Positions 24,295 to 36,599 of a stretch of DNA of 64,000 nucleotides are shown piece by piece. The stretch lies in the NCBI GenBank assembly GCA_051294905.1, contig CM119380.1, positions 1,860,001 through 1,924,000 of the forward strand, given 5' to 3'. Both the position numbers and the translations under genes were made by a program. The notes beneath the pieces are model-generated. The model was given only the letters and a program-made list of their open reading frames with translations. It searched no databases and was not told the DNA's origin. Numbering within the stretch: the stretch's first letter is position 1; every line of letters starts with the position of its first letter. This stretch comes from Botryllus schlosseri (lineage: Eukaryota).

Positions 24295-27200
24295 TGCATA
24301 GTATATCACAGAGCTCTGCATGCCTTGCCCAAACAAATGGTAACATAACGATCCCAACCGAATCCTTCTTCACCTTCATTGCAGAAGTGATCAAAAATAC
24401 CCTGCTTTCATTTGCGGAGAATAAGACAGTTGATATCGAATCGATCATCGTGAAGTCCGCGGGAGAAAACCTCGGTATATCCGTACCGATTCCCAGAAAA
24501 AATAACGAAGTAGCAATGGACTTATCTGCCAACAGAGCAACTACACCAAATAGGCCTACCATAGTTTCGAATGTAGAACCGGTCATCTCCATCCCTGACG
24601 TGCGACGGTTTGAGCCACATGGCTCCACCTTGGCAACACCATCTATTGCCTCTATTACCAACCCGAGCGCCATGGCAACTCACAATAGTTCATCTATTCC
24701 TGACTCCAATGTATCGAGTAACGGAACACAATGCCGATAAGAATCATGCAATGGAACTGTAGAGGGATATACCGGAAAATCCACGAATTGAAATATTACT
24801 TGAAAAATCTTGACAAAATGCCCGACATCATTGCCCTGCAGGAAACGCACCTGATCGATAAGTACACGCCCAGAATTGCGAATTACAAACTTATAAGAAA
24901 AGATCGCGACCAGACGGAGGTGGTGTCTGTATCTTTGCCAGACAAGACCTGTCTTTCTTCGAAGTCCCCGTAGACAACATTTATCCTATAGAGGCCCAGA
25001 TTATCAAATTGCACGATTTGAAAATAATGAACGTGTACATCCCACCGAATCGAGCAATTTCACACGCTCTCTTCGAGCGATGCTTTGCGCAGTGCAACTC
25101 GAGAACGATCCTTTTGGGTGACTTCAATTCTCACCATCCAATATGGAGCAGTGGCGCCATCAATACGAATGGTCGTCATCTTCATTCAATAATAGACGAT
25201 AATGACTTTGTTGTTATCAATACAACAACGCCAACTCTTATTGATATTTCCGTACCGAGTGCCACACGGACTTCACTTTTAGACCTATGCATTGCATCCA
25301 GAGATATCGCCCCGAAGATTGTGACCTCGGTGACGGACGAACTGTTGGGGAGCGACCATTTTGTTGTTATGAACGACTTGCAGTTATCCAGTCAAGGGGA
25401 TGATTTCCATTACCGATCTTGGTCCTTCAAGAAAGCCAACTGGAACGTCTTTCAAAAGCTATGTTCGCAATACTTTAAAAATCTAGACGAGATTACTATA
25501 GAAAAGATCAGCAACTCGATCATCAAAGCCGCGACCGAAAGCATACCCCTCACAAAACCTATCCAAGGAAAGAGTTCTGTCCCATGGTGGAACGAGAGTT
25601 GCTCCAAGGCGGTTCGCCGGAAACGGGCGGCCTTCTGCAAATTGAAGCGATCCTTCAGAATGGAGGCGAGCAGACGCTAGAAGGATCATACTTTCAGCCA
25701 AAAAGTCCTACTGGGATAACTTCTGTAGTTCTCTTGATCACAATTCTAAGTTGTGCCAAGTGTGGCGTGTCGTGCGATCGATTAACGGTTGCAGCAGATC
25801 CTGGAACCAGATCCGTGTACTCAATCATCTTGACAACCATCTGACTGACAGCAAGGACAAGGCCAATGCTCTCGCAAATAGTTTTGCTGAAATCAGCAGC
25901 AACAATAATTTAGATTGTCAATTCCTACATCGGCGAACTTTAATGGAAACCAATCTTTCGTTGCCCCCTGTTGAAAATAATACCCAAACACTCGGAGTGA
26001 ACGCGCCATTCAATATGGTAGAAATGAAACGTGCAATAAATAACCGCAAAAGCACTTCTCCGGGAGCGGACAGAATCTGCTATCAGATGCTGCAGCACCT
26101 GGACGAGGAAAGTCAGTTGGTCATGTTAACAGCCATCAATAACATTTGGGCAGTTGGCTCTTGTCCCGAATCGTGGCAGCATTCAATTGTTGTGCCCATA
26201 CTTAAGCAAGGTAAAGATGAAACCAAGACATCCTCGTATCGTCCTATCTCACTCACCAGCAACATGTGTAAAACAATGGAGCGGATGGTTGCAAATCGTT
26301 TAGAATGGTGGCTCACTGAAAACAATTTGTTGAACCACCATCAGAGTGGGTTTCGTCGACATAGGTCCACAAACGACTGTATTCTCGCGTTACATGACCA
26401 TGTATGTAAAGCCATTTGGACCAAGCGGTATGCCATAGCAGTTTTCCTAGATATAGAAAAGGCATACGACATGGTATGGAGAAACGGAGTCATTCTCAAG
26501 CTTCAACGTCTCGGTCTTGGAGGTAATATTCTCCATTGGTTACACTCTTTCATGGCACATAGGACGTTCCAAGTTCGCATTGGCAACACATTATCGGACG
26601 TGCATGAACTTGCGAATGGAATCGTGCAGGGAAGTGTTATTAGTCCTCTGCTTTTCTCAATAATGATGAACGACCTTCCTGACAAAATTACAACGAACAT
26701 CAATTTGTTTGCCGACGATGTCTGCATATGGGATTCTAATTTGGTCATAAACAATGTACAGAAAGATATTCAGGATTCTCTCGATACAATCAGGAAATGG
26801 TCCGACAATCAGGAAATGGTCCGAGCAATGGGGTTTCAAAATCAATATATCCAAATCTGCAGCCATAGTTTTTACGAGGCGCCGCAAAGTCCCCACGATT
26901 CGTCTTAGTCTGGGCAATTCTATTTTGCCAGTCGTAAAGGAATTCAAGTACCTGGTAATCCAATTCGATTATCGATTGAACTATCGGAGTCACGCTCGCG
27001 CAGTGACTGAGAGATGTAGTAAACGGATGAACCTGTTACGTCTTCTATCAGGGACATCTTGGGGCGCCTCGAAATCGAGCTTATTGACGCTATACAGATC
27101 TACCATACGATCAATAATCGACTATGGTTCCGAAGCATACCTACTCTCCCCAAAATACGTCATTGATAAAATACAGAAAATTCAGAATAAAGCGCTTCGC

Positions 27201-27928
27201 ATTTGTTGCGGAGGTATGAGGAGTACGCCAATACACGCATTGCAACATTCGAGTGGGGAGCCTCCCATATGGTTGCGACACTTGCAACTCTGCCTTAACT
27301 TTCGTGTCAGGATAATGGCAAATGTGAATCACCCCCACAAAGACTTGATAACTGGCTCATGGCACGAAATTTTTCCCGGCAACGACTCATTCCGAACCTT
27401 CAACATGTTAACAGGACCGGACATGTTTGAAGCGCCAATCGTCCAAAATTACGAACAACCTCCGTTGCCAACATGGTCACAGCCCAAGATCGGCGTAGAC
27501 TTACGCCTAGCTACGTTAATATCCAGAGATATCCATCCCACTTTTGCAAAACAAATCACCGAAGAATACATACACGAGCATTATGCGGGGAGCACCAGGA
27601 TTTACACCGATGGCTCGAAAAGCGCATCGGGCTGTGGTTCATGTTTCTTCGTTGAGAACAGAGACGACTGTTACAGCTACACCCTCGACGGTCACTTATC
27701 CGTCCTCTCGACAGAATTGAACGTCATTCGGAATAGTTTAGAATGGGTCAAACGCAATGGTACGCCTGAAAGTCGTGTGGCTATTTTGTCGGACAGCCAG
27801 AGTAGTCTGGTGGCGATTCGAAATTGCTCTCCGGACAACGAACTCATCGCCGATATCCTCCTCCTAGTATCGGATTTACATGCACTAGGGATCGAAATTG
27901 TTTTGGCCTGGATCCCTGGCCATAAAGG

Positions 27929-29374
27929 CAGGGGTGGGCAACATACGGCCCGCGAAGGGATTTTGTCCGGCCCGCGGACAGTTTTCCGTCTTATATGATA
28001 ATGTGGCCCGCGGCTACAGTCTGCCGAGATACCCCGCTACTTGCTTACTATGTCACATTTTAGTCACCGTATGTTATTTGTATGCGCAGCGTGCGAGTGG
28101 AGCTTGCGCGTAAGTTCGTCGAAGCGGGAAGAATTGCATTATCGGCATTTACGATGTACTCAACCCTAATATCGTTTTAGGTAATCATGTTGTTTGTAGA
28201 CTACAATGGTCATTTACACCAGACCGTAACCACTGACTTGTAGCACGGCACACTTGTAGGCTTTTGTAAGATACCGCTTAGGGGTCGCCAACTCAAAACG
28301 GGCCGCGGGCCACTTTTCAAATTTCGCAGATGCCGCAGTCCGCATGAATTTAATATCGAGATAAAATGAATACAACGACGCTATCTCATCACCTACTCAG
28401 CCGTAATGAATTGTTATATTGGTTAATTTGGGGTACCGGGCTTATTGAACGCCTTCAAATATTTATTAGGGATTGCACCGTGAGTTGATTGATCACAGCA
28501 TAGCGTTCTTTTTGGTGTGTACACAAGCAAATCTCACGGCTCAGTGAAATTGGTCTACGTCACACTTTCCCTTTGGTCAAAGGCAATTTGACGGTAATTT
28601 TTGACCGGCTTGTCGAGCATTAAAATTGATTAAACGGGTTTCAATCGAAAGCTACCGCGGTACTGATTGCGAAAATATAAATTCGAATCTGCTCGTGGCC
28701 CTGGAACCCCCCAAAATCAGCTTCGAATGTTGCATTGTAACGGAGTTTGGTATTGTGACGCAACCATGCCGTCTGGGAGCAGGTGAGGAGCAGAGTAAAC
28801 TTCAAGCGTATTGGCCATTATTGCGCAACCGATTGTGCATTCACTTCACTCTCGTGCGCGCTTGTTCCTGAGCTGCTCAGACGGCATGGCTGCGTGGGGG
28901 TTCCAGAATCTCGAGCAGAAGAGAATTTATATTTTCACAACCAGCACCGCGGTAGCTTTCGATTGATACCCGTTTTATCAAATTTAATGCTCGACAAGTC
29001 GGTCAAAAACTACCGTCAAATTGCCTTTGACCAAATGGAAAGTGTGACGTAGACCAATTTCATTGAGCCGTGAGATTTGCTGTGTCCACACCATATAGGA
29101 CACTATGATCAGAGAGAAGCAGACATGGCGGCGCCTGTATGACAATACTCTTCTCAAATCCACATTATATCCTCGTCATTATCGGCGAGAAATGGCTTTG
29201 AAGTGACATTGCTGTCGTTAAAATACATTCATTAAATACGATTTATTCCTTGTATATGTGGAATTGTGGATAAATGGGCGATAAATCGATAATGTATCGA
29301 TTCAGCAATCCGGCCCGCCAAGTACTAAACTTTCCTATATCCGGCCCGCCGACTGGAGAAGTTGCCCGCCCCTG
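27929..29374. mobile_element. hAT (Charlie-like) non-autonomous element in LINE RNase H
   Basis: TIR caggggtgggcaac/gttgcccgcccctg; flanking duplication ccataaagg (27920-27928, 29375-29383). Contains a family D left-end fragment near 28280. Confidence 0.9.
28513..29093. mobile_element. Foldback-type MITE with ~210-bp inverted arms
   Basis: tggtgtgtacaca..gcaaatctcacggctca..caaaggcaatttgacggt..ggaacccc is mirrored at about 28885-29093; no clear TSD. Confidence 0.8.
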
Positions 29375-29661
29375 CCATAAAGGTATCCGCGGCAACGAAA
29401 AAGCCGACGAAATCGCACGAAGAGCAGCACTGATGCCACTCGTGCGAGATCCAAACCTTCGGCAAAAAATTACTATGAAGGAGATGAAATCCCTCATTGC
29501 CGATATATGTCGGAAAAAGTGGATCGGCCACATAAATGCCCATGACGACGACTCGCAATATAGGAAAATTATTGGAGATATCAGGGACATTAACCCAATT
29601 ATCGATTTGTCACGCAGGGAATCTGGAATCCCAATTAGACTGCAGACTGGTCACTCTAGGC

Positions 29662-31191
29662 CAGAGGTCTCAAACTCAAATGTGCTCGCGGGCCATTTCC
29701 TAGTTTTTGATGACGCCGCGGGCCGCAGCATCAATAATCGGGATATTCAATGCATAGGTTCCAACTAGGCCTTATTTGACGGGTCCTTGCAGACATGCAC
29801 TCCACAGACATCGTGAAAATGTGATTTACTAATGCATTATTCACGCTTGACACGAAATAAAATCACATTTTCCAATATTTGAATAATTTTTTGTGCCGGG
29901 CATATTTTTTCTAACTAATAAGCTATAGATATAATATGAGACGATGCATCATGACATTGTAAAACTGTCGGGTTATATTAGTGCAGCTAGTGGACCTTTG
30001 ACGTGCCACAATTTCATGTATATATTTTAAAATATACTGAAGATTGATCTGATATCAGAGCATTTGAGCGGTGTAGCCTAATCCTGGTTTTGATAAAGTC
30101 GTGATAAATGTAGGCTATTGTTATTGTCATTGCCAAAGTCAAATTAAATCAGCGTTAGATTTTGCCTTCGATTATTATTGGAACATATCAATAACAACTT
30201 GAATATAATAATTATTGAGGCACAGTAATAGCATTTGTTCTTAGCCTTTTTAGCGATTGTACCCCTTGTGCTTCCAATGAGATTTCTCGTAGCGCCTGTC
30301 CATTTTCAACACAATTTCGGATGGCACCTATATATTAAAATCAGAAAGCCCATTCAGACAAGACTATTTCCCAGTTGAATAAATTGGCCAAGAAAATATT
30401 CCACAGCATATAGGCCTCATTCCACAATGCATCTCGGACACCCTGATGTGGTGCTTCGTACCCCGATGGGGTCTACGGACCCTGGTCAAGAACCCCTGGA
30501 ATAGAAATGTCCGAACGGCGAATAATTCATTGGTGTTACAGCTGTAGAGCGTAGTGCTACCTACCCTACTCGCCTACGACAATAACATGGACAAGAGAAC
30601 AAACAACACCCAGCATGTAACCAACTATACGTCACGGGCGTCATAGAATTCCAATGGTTGCCATACTGACCTGATTAGATAGTTATATACCCTAAGCAGC
30701 GCAAGCTACGGACCTTTTGATATATTACTATCCTCGATGACAGTTTCATAGATTGTTGCGCCCGTAGGATTAACAAGTTACCGTTTCGATTCCCAAGTCC
30801 TTGTCTGATTTTAACGTTTGATCCGACTCAACTCGAGGTCATTTTTATTTAATCCCTCAGTCTATCCAAAACCGAGTAATTTTACGAGAAGGTCGCACCA
30901 ACCAAATCACAATTTGAAGTCACGAATCATCAACGGGTCATGTTCTATCGTCATGACCTAGAAATGTGACGAAATAGCTGATCTTCTACCTCATGGTAGC
31001 TTCTAAAAGTGATGTGATAGTGAAGTTTGTTGAGATCCCACTGATTTTTATAATAGTTTCAGATTGAACTTTAAGCTATTATATCAAATAAAATATATGG
31101 CACTTGAATGTATTGTTGAATACTTGAAATTCCAAAATGCCGTCGCGGGCCGCACAAAATGCTCTCGCGGGCCGCGTGTTTGAGACCTCTG
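29662..31191 (+). mobile_element. hAT family C, copy 1, in LINE ORF2 3' part
   Basis: TIR cagaggtctcaaac/gtttgagacctctg; TSD ctctaggc (29654-29661, 31192-31199). Confidence 0.95.
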
Positions 31192-31546
31192 CTCTAGGCT
31201 GAACGGTCATCTACACAGAATTAAATGTCATCAAAATGGCCTTTGTGATGCATGCGGGATCAAAGAAACCGTCGAGCATTTCCTCCTCCATTGCCCTAAA
31301 TATGACCGTGCCAGGATCAATCTAATTCAGACTGCTGACCAAAACAGAGTACCCCTAACGCCCGAGTCCCTACTCACAGACGCACATACTATATGGCCGG
31401 TCATCGAATTCACGATTTCAAGTGGCAGAGATATATAAAGAATTGTAATTCCTTCAGATAGTACGGGAGTATTTATTGCCAGATATCGTCCTGGGGCAAA
31501 AAGCCGAGTAGCTAAGCCCCACTACCCCCCTCATACCTACCTACCT

Positions 31547-31970
31547 AGATCGTCCTGCTTAATTACGAACACGAGGACCAAAGCTACGTTATATTGCGCT
31601 GTCGGGCATTGTTGGCCGCCATTTCAATGTATGGCAAATTCCACATTTAAGGCCGGATTCAAGAGTGTACCTCACCTACAATTCAGATAATTAACTCTTC
31701 ATCGGAAAGAGCGTTCAAATTACTTTATTTAAAATCCATTTCTAGATTTCAGATCGTCCTGCTTAATTACGAACACGAGGACCAAAGCTACGTTTTATTG
31801 CGCTGTCGGGCATTGTTGGCCGCCATTTCAATGTATGGCGAATTCCACATTCAAGGGCGGATTCAAGAGTGTACCTCACCTACAATTCAGATAATCATCA
31901 TAATCATCGGAAAGAGCGTTCAAATTACTTTATGTAAAATCCATTTCTAAATTCCAGATCGTCCTGCTTA
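31547..31970. repeat. ~205-bp tandem repeat into which the LINE inserted (matching partial unit at ~16590-16688)
   Basis: agatcgtcctgctta at 31547, 31751 and 31956; the upstream flank ggaaagagcgttcaaattacttta matches the unit. Confidence 0.9.
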
Positions 31971-32039
31971 GTATCTCAGTGAGCCAAGCCACGACGAGGA
32001 TTATTTTTCTGGAATAATTCCCGTCGATAAAAAGCAAGA

Positions 32040-32560
32040 GTTGGCAGTCTCCATTTTATACTCGATATCGCAATCTTGAGAAAGAGTGCATGGATGTCAG
32101 CAACAGCAATTGATTCCGACCTGGAAAGTCAATGCGACGATAACGTTTATTACTCTCCGTCATTTTACACCAAGTTCGTTGAAGTAATCGCTAGTCGACT
32201 CGGCGTAACCTCGCGTCTTCTGCTAGGAGACTTATCAAGGCACAGTCGTCCTGAAATTCCTCCAAATCATTATATGAAATATGCAAATGGTGGAAACAAC
32301 TGAAGAAATATGCTGGGCGCTCAACCTGCGACGGTACAAGAACGCAAGGTTCAATTGAGCAATTTTTCCGGCAGTTGAAGCGAAACTATCGAAAGAACAA
32401 GCGTGCATCAAATGTACCAAAGTTCGTGTGGCACTACGAAGATGCAACGAGAGTGACTGGCAAATCGTTTGCTGATGATTTAGTGAAAGTCAAGTACGGC
32501 TCGCGACCCGTACCGAACCGGAAACTCCAAATATATCATCAAGAATAACAACCGGTAAAT
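32040..32560 (+). pseudogene. C-terminal part of a NOF-FB-like (MULE/Foldback) DDE transposase
   Basis: Frameshifted motifs SPFY, NVYYSPSF, LLLGDLSRH, RTQGSIEQFFRQLK; the last motif is the presumed catalytic Glu region. Confidence 0.6.
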
Positions 32561-32747
32561 AAAAAGCCAAAATTTCTAGAGTCGAAATTCAAGAAACGAC
32601 TCCAAATAGAAGGATATTACGGAACTCCCACGGCCGCCGAAAAAAATCAGGGATCGTAACTCAAAATCATCAACACCGTAGGGAAAATTCGCAGAAAAGT
32701 TATGGAAGTCGATACAAGAACACGCCTTATCGACTGTCGGTACGAAA

Positions 32748-34943
32748 TTGACTGACACTGCGATCAAATCGAAATTCGAAGTCGCTGTGACGTATGCTGA
32801 TATAGTGTCTGTTTGCCCCAACCCATCGGAGAAAATCATTCAAAATATCAATGAAATCATGACAACTGACACCAAACCAGGATGGTCAACATACGGTATT
32901 GTCAATGCTTTTGTAATCCAGTGTGCGCTCAACGGAAATTCTCAGTTAAATCAAAGACATTTTGGGTATCTGACAACGGACATGACTCATTTCATACTTT
33001 GTGGAAATAAACCTCGAGCAGTTCCAGACATTATCCTTGATCACAATCGGCTCTTACGCGAGGTCGTACTTTTACCAATTCTTATTCGTCGGAATTTCAA
33101 TCATTTTTCTCTTCTCTGTTTTCAAGAAAAGAATAAAATAATCACATTTTACGATTCTGCTGGTTGTCGTGATACGGAGGAGCAACACGAGATTTTATCG
33201 TCAATTACAGAATAATGAGAATACCTATCTGGTATTTCTAGAATAGATCTGAACAGCATGATGAAGGAATTTTTCGGCGACTTCCTTCAAACCGACTCTT
33301 CTTGTGGTGTTTTTGCATGTATGGCAGCGTGGAGCATATGTTTGCAAGACAAGCACCGTACACATTTGCAAACTGACTTCCGTCATAAAATCATTTGGGA
33401 GCTACGTCAAGACTGCCTGACATCATCCCACGTTGTGCGAAATGCTGAGGTTGAATGTGGCATTCTTACCCAGATACCTGGACTCGAAAATCTAGGAAAT
33501 ACATGCTGGTCCAATTCTGTTATGCTAGGAAATACATGCTGGTCCAATTCTGTTATGCAAGCATACTCTCATGTCATACGGCAGAGATTGGGGCCACTGG
33601 GTGAGAGTAGGCAAATTCACGGGGAAATCGCAAATATACTTATCCCCTTGACAAACTTGAAGGCGGTTGCACGTGACGTATTAATGAATACTGTTAGAAT
33701 TGCATGTGAGAGAACTAAACTGGAGTTTGGTAAGCAGCACAATTGTCTTGAGTTCTATTCACTATCTTCCTTGCCACAAGTATTGGAAGATATTCGTTGG
33801 AAGCACGAATTGAAATACGAGCGGATCATCCACTGCAACGACTGTCAAACGAATGGATCAACAGTACACCGAGAAAAAATCTTCAACGTGAATTGCGGAG
33901 TTGCATCGATAGCAGAAGCATTTCAGATTTCACAACTCAAATGTGAAAAATGTGATTCCGCGACAAATACTAATGTCATGCTCACTGAAATTCCGAATCC
34001 AGTGCGCCTCAACCGTGCGAATTCTATGGGTAAAAAGATGGAAAATACTGTCTTTGTCAACCGGAACCTCGACATTCAGGGACCTGATCAAGATTGGATC
34101 GGATATTCGCTCAAGGCTGTGGTTGCACACATCGGATCGGATGGAGACGGACACAATATCGCATATTCAATTCATTCGAAATGCACGGTACGGCTATGCA
34201 ACGACGAACTTGTAGAATTTGTGGATTCGAACGCAGCTTTCAATGCCATGTCAAGGAATGGATACCTCTTTATTTATCTCAGAAAGATGAAGCGAAGATT
34301 ACCGCTGCAAAAATTCTCCAAGCAAGAATATTTCATGAAAAGTCTGCCATTGAAAATGATGGATATCAATGAAGGAACTAAAGCAATCGGTGACACAATA
34401 TTTCAGGACATTGTAAATATTTGTCATCTTACATTACACGAGTCGCAAAAGGACGTCCGTAGTCAGCGACATTCCCTTTTTCTCGAAAACAAATACGCTG
34501 AATTGCAGAAAATGATCGTACCTGTTGGACAAAATGACAGCGAAGAAATCAAAGTCATATTCCAATATATCAAAAACAAGACCCGCGTCTTACATGCGAG
34601 ATGGATCAGACATTTGAACACAGGAACAGAATACGTCGCATACAACATATTTTCGCGAATAATTTTCAACAAGGCTGTGGTGCATGAGGACATTGAGCTC
34701 ATGAAGAAATTAGCACCAACGCACAGCAGCGACAAGTATTTCAAGTTGGTTGTGTTGCAAGAAGTGGCTTTGATGTTTCTGTCCATTACTGAGAAGAGAA
34801 CATACGAAGAAGTTTTGGAGAATCTGAATGTACCATATAAATGGCGAAAAAAAGCAATTACAAGTTACGTTTCTACGGCTTTCGCATCGTATTTTGAATA
34901 TACTTTTTTGTTGAAGAACTATCGAATTTCATTTCATTGGTAG
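32748..34943 (+). pseudogene. Ulp1/C48 SUMO protease followed by a USP/C19 ubiquitin-specific protease and a helical C-terminal region
   Basis: ORFs 32748-33215 and 33258-34943 share a frame (TAA TGA between them). C48: NHFSLL, FYDS, QTDSSCGVF. USP: GLENLGNTCWSNSVMQ, QHNCLEF, LKAVVAHIG..DGHNIAY, CNDELV. Confidence 0.8.
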
Positions 34944-35599
34944 TTTTGTTTTGTTCGTTTACTTTTGTTCTGAAATCGCACAAGACTTTTAAATAGCATG
35001 AAGACCGACATTATGCAGAGATTTGTGTCACTAAATATTGTACTGAAGTCAGAGGTATAAACGCATCTCTTTAGTTTGTGGTGAGCAATATGCCGTCGTT
35101 AAGGCATATAAGTTGAGTCAGCATTATGAGAAAACTGCTAGTGAGATACAGACATCGGGTGAGGATTGCAGAGAGCGCGAATTTCGGATGACTTACTAGC
35201 AAAACCAGGATTATTTTACCAAACTGCACAAACCTCGGAATGCAGCGACCAAAACCAAGAATAATGACCCTGGATATAGACCTAGTATTTTTGTAAATTA
35301 ACCTCGAAATCGCAAATTCGCAACTAAAGCATCCCAACAAAACTATCACGTGGGTCGGACATATCGCAGTATCGAACGTTCCGACCAAGCCACATGCGAA
35401 AGCCACGAAATCCCACCTTTTTTCTCAAACATATCCATTGAAAAATACCAACGACCCTATTCAGTAGTGTTTAGCTCATGGCCCAAATTGCGGGGACCAT
35501 CTCCATATGCACCTTATCGGACCAGTCCCAATTTGAATTGAATAAGAAACTCTGTCTAAAACCCCAACATCTATGACTCAATATAGGTGGCCTCAAAAC

Positions 35600-36430
35600 T
35601 CAAATACCGTGGTAACCCACCTATAAATTTTCAATAATGTCCTATACGCGGGGAAAGTATCCAAAATGCACCCTATCTGACCGGCCCCAATTTCCACACA
35701 ACTGAAATCGAGTGAAAAACTGCCCGAAAACCCCGAAATCGTTTGGCTCCCACAGCTATAACTCTACACGGGTGGCCCTAAGTACCGTAGTCACCCATCT
35801 ATAAATTTTCATTAATATCCTATGTGGAGAAAGTGTCCAAAATGCACCCTATCTAACTGGCCCCATTTTCCACACTACTGAAATTCAGGAAGAAACACTT
35901 CCCGAAAACCCCGAAATCGTTTCGCTCCCACAGCTATGACCCTATACAGGTGGCCCCCACTACCGTAGTCACCCACCTAGAAATTTTCACCTATAGCCTA
36001 TCCTATATGTGGAAAATGTCAAAAATGCACCCTATACGACTGGTCCCAATTTCCACACAACTAAAATTCAGGAAGAAACACTTCCCGAAAACCCCGAAAT
36101 CGTTTCGCTCCCACAGCTATGACCCTATACAGATGGCCCCCACTACCGTAGTCACCCACCTAGAAATTTTCACCAATATCCTATGTGGGGAAAGTGTCCA
36201 AAATGCACCCTATCTAACTGGCCCCCTTTTCCACGCAACTGAAATTCAGGAAGAAACACTTCCTGAAAACCTCGAAATCGTTTCGCTCCCACAGCTATGA
36301 CCCTATACAGATGGCCCCCACTACCGTACTCACCCACCTATAAATTTTCCCCAATATCCTATGTGGGGAAAGTGTCCAAAATGCACCCTATCTGACTGGC
36401 CCCAATTTCCACGCAACAGAAATCGAGTGA
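35600..36430. repeat. ~178-bp tandem repeat, ~4.5 copies
   Basis: gaaagtgtccaaaatgcaccctat variants at about 35653, 35829, 36012, 36190 and 36368. Confidence 0.93.
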
Positions 36431-36599
36431 AAAACTCCTCCGAGAAACCCCGGGACACCTTGAGACCATGCATATCTAACTCGAGATTACAGTTGATTAA
36501 CCCCCATAGCCTTGGCATCGTTTGTGAGTAATCGACTTTGTGAGTAATCGACAGAATACCGCGGCGGTGTCATCATTTTTACTTCACTTTCGAAGCGAT

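Larger units (their letters stand above)
16853..24740 (+). pseudogene. LINE ORF1 (gag-like, three CCHC knuckles) in four pieces: 16853-17177, 20488-20830, 21948-22230, 24297-24740
   Basis: Joined pieces total 1395 nt (464 aa + stop) and stay in frame: KIEIKAE|LYRSK, CTKCGNRHTY|DNC, AVPM|HSIS. Knuckles CFNCNRFGHKAKYC, CTKCGNRHTYDNC, CVNCGLAHSAGYAGC. Confidence 0.93.
24731..31438 (+). pseudogene. LINE ORF2 (APE endonuclease, RT, RNase H, C-terminal CCHC) in pieces 24731-27928, 29384-29661, 31200-31438
   Basis: QWNCRG, LQETHL, LGDFNSHH, GSDHF; YRPISLTS, QSGFR, FLDIEKAYD, QGSVISPLLF, FADD; YTDGSK, LSDSQS, WIPGHKG|IRGNEKAD; TGHSR|LNGHLH, CDAC..ETVEHFLLHC. Frameshifts near 24910, 25660 and 26800. 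Confidence 0.93.
16689..31546 (+). mobile_element. Full-length I-group (RNase H-containing) LINE, ~5.37 kb after removing five insertions
   Basis: 14-bp TSD agatcgtcctgctt at 16675-16688 and 31547-31560; 5' end cattctctcgg; 3' tail (acct)3 at 31535-31546; ORF1 gag-like, ORF2 APE-RT-RNase H-CCHC. Confidence 0.95.
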
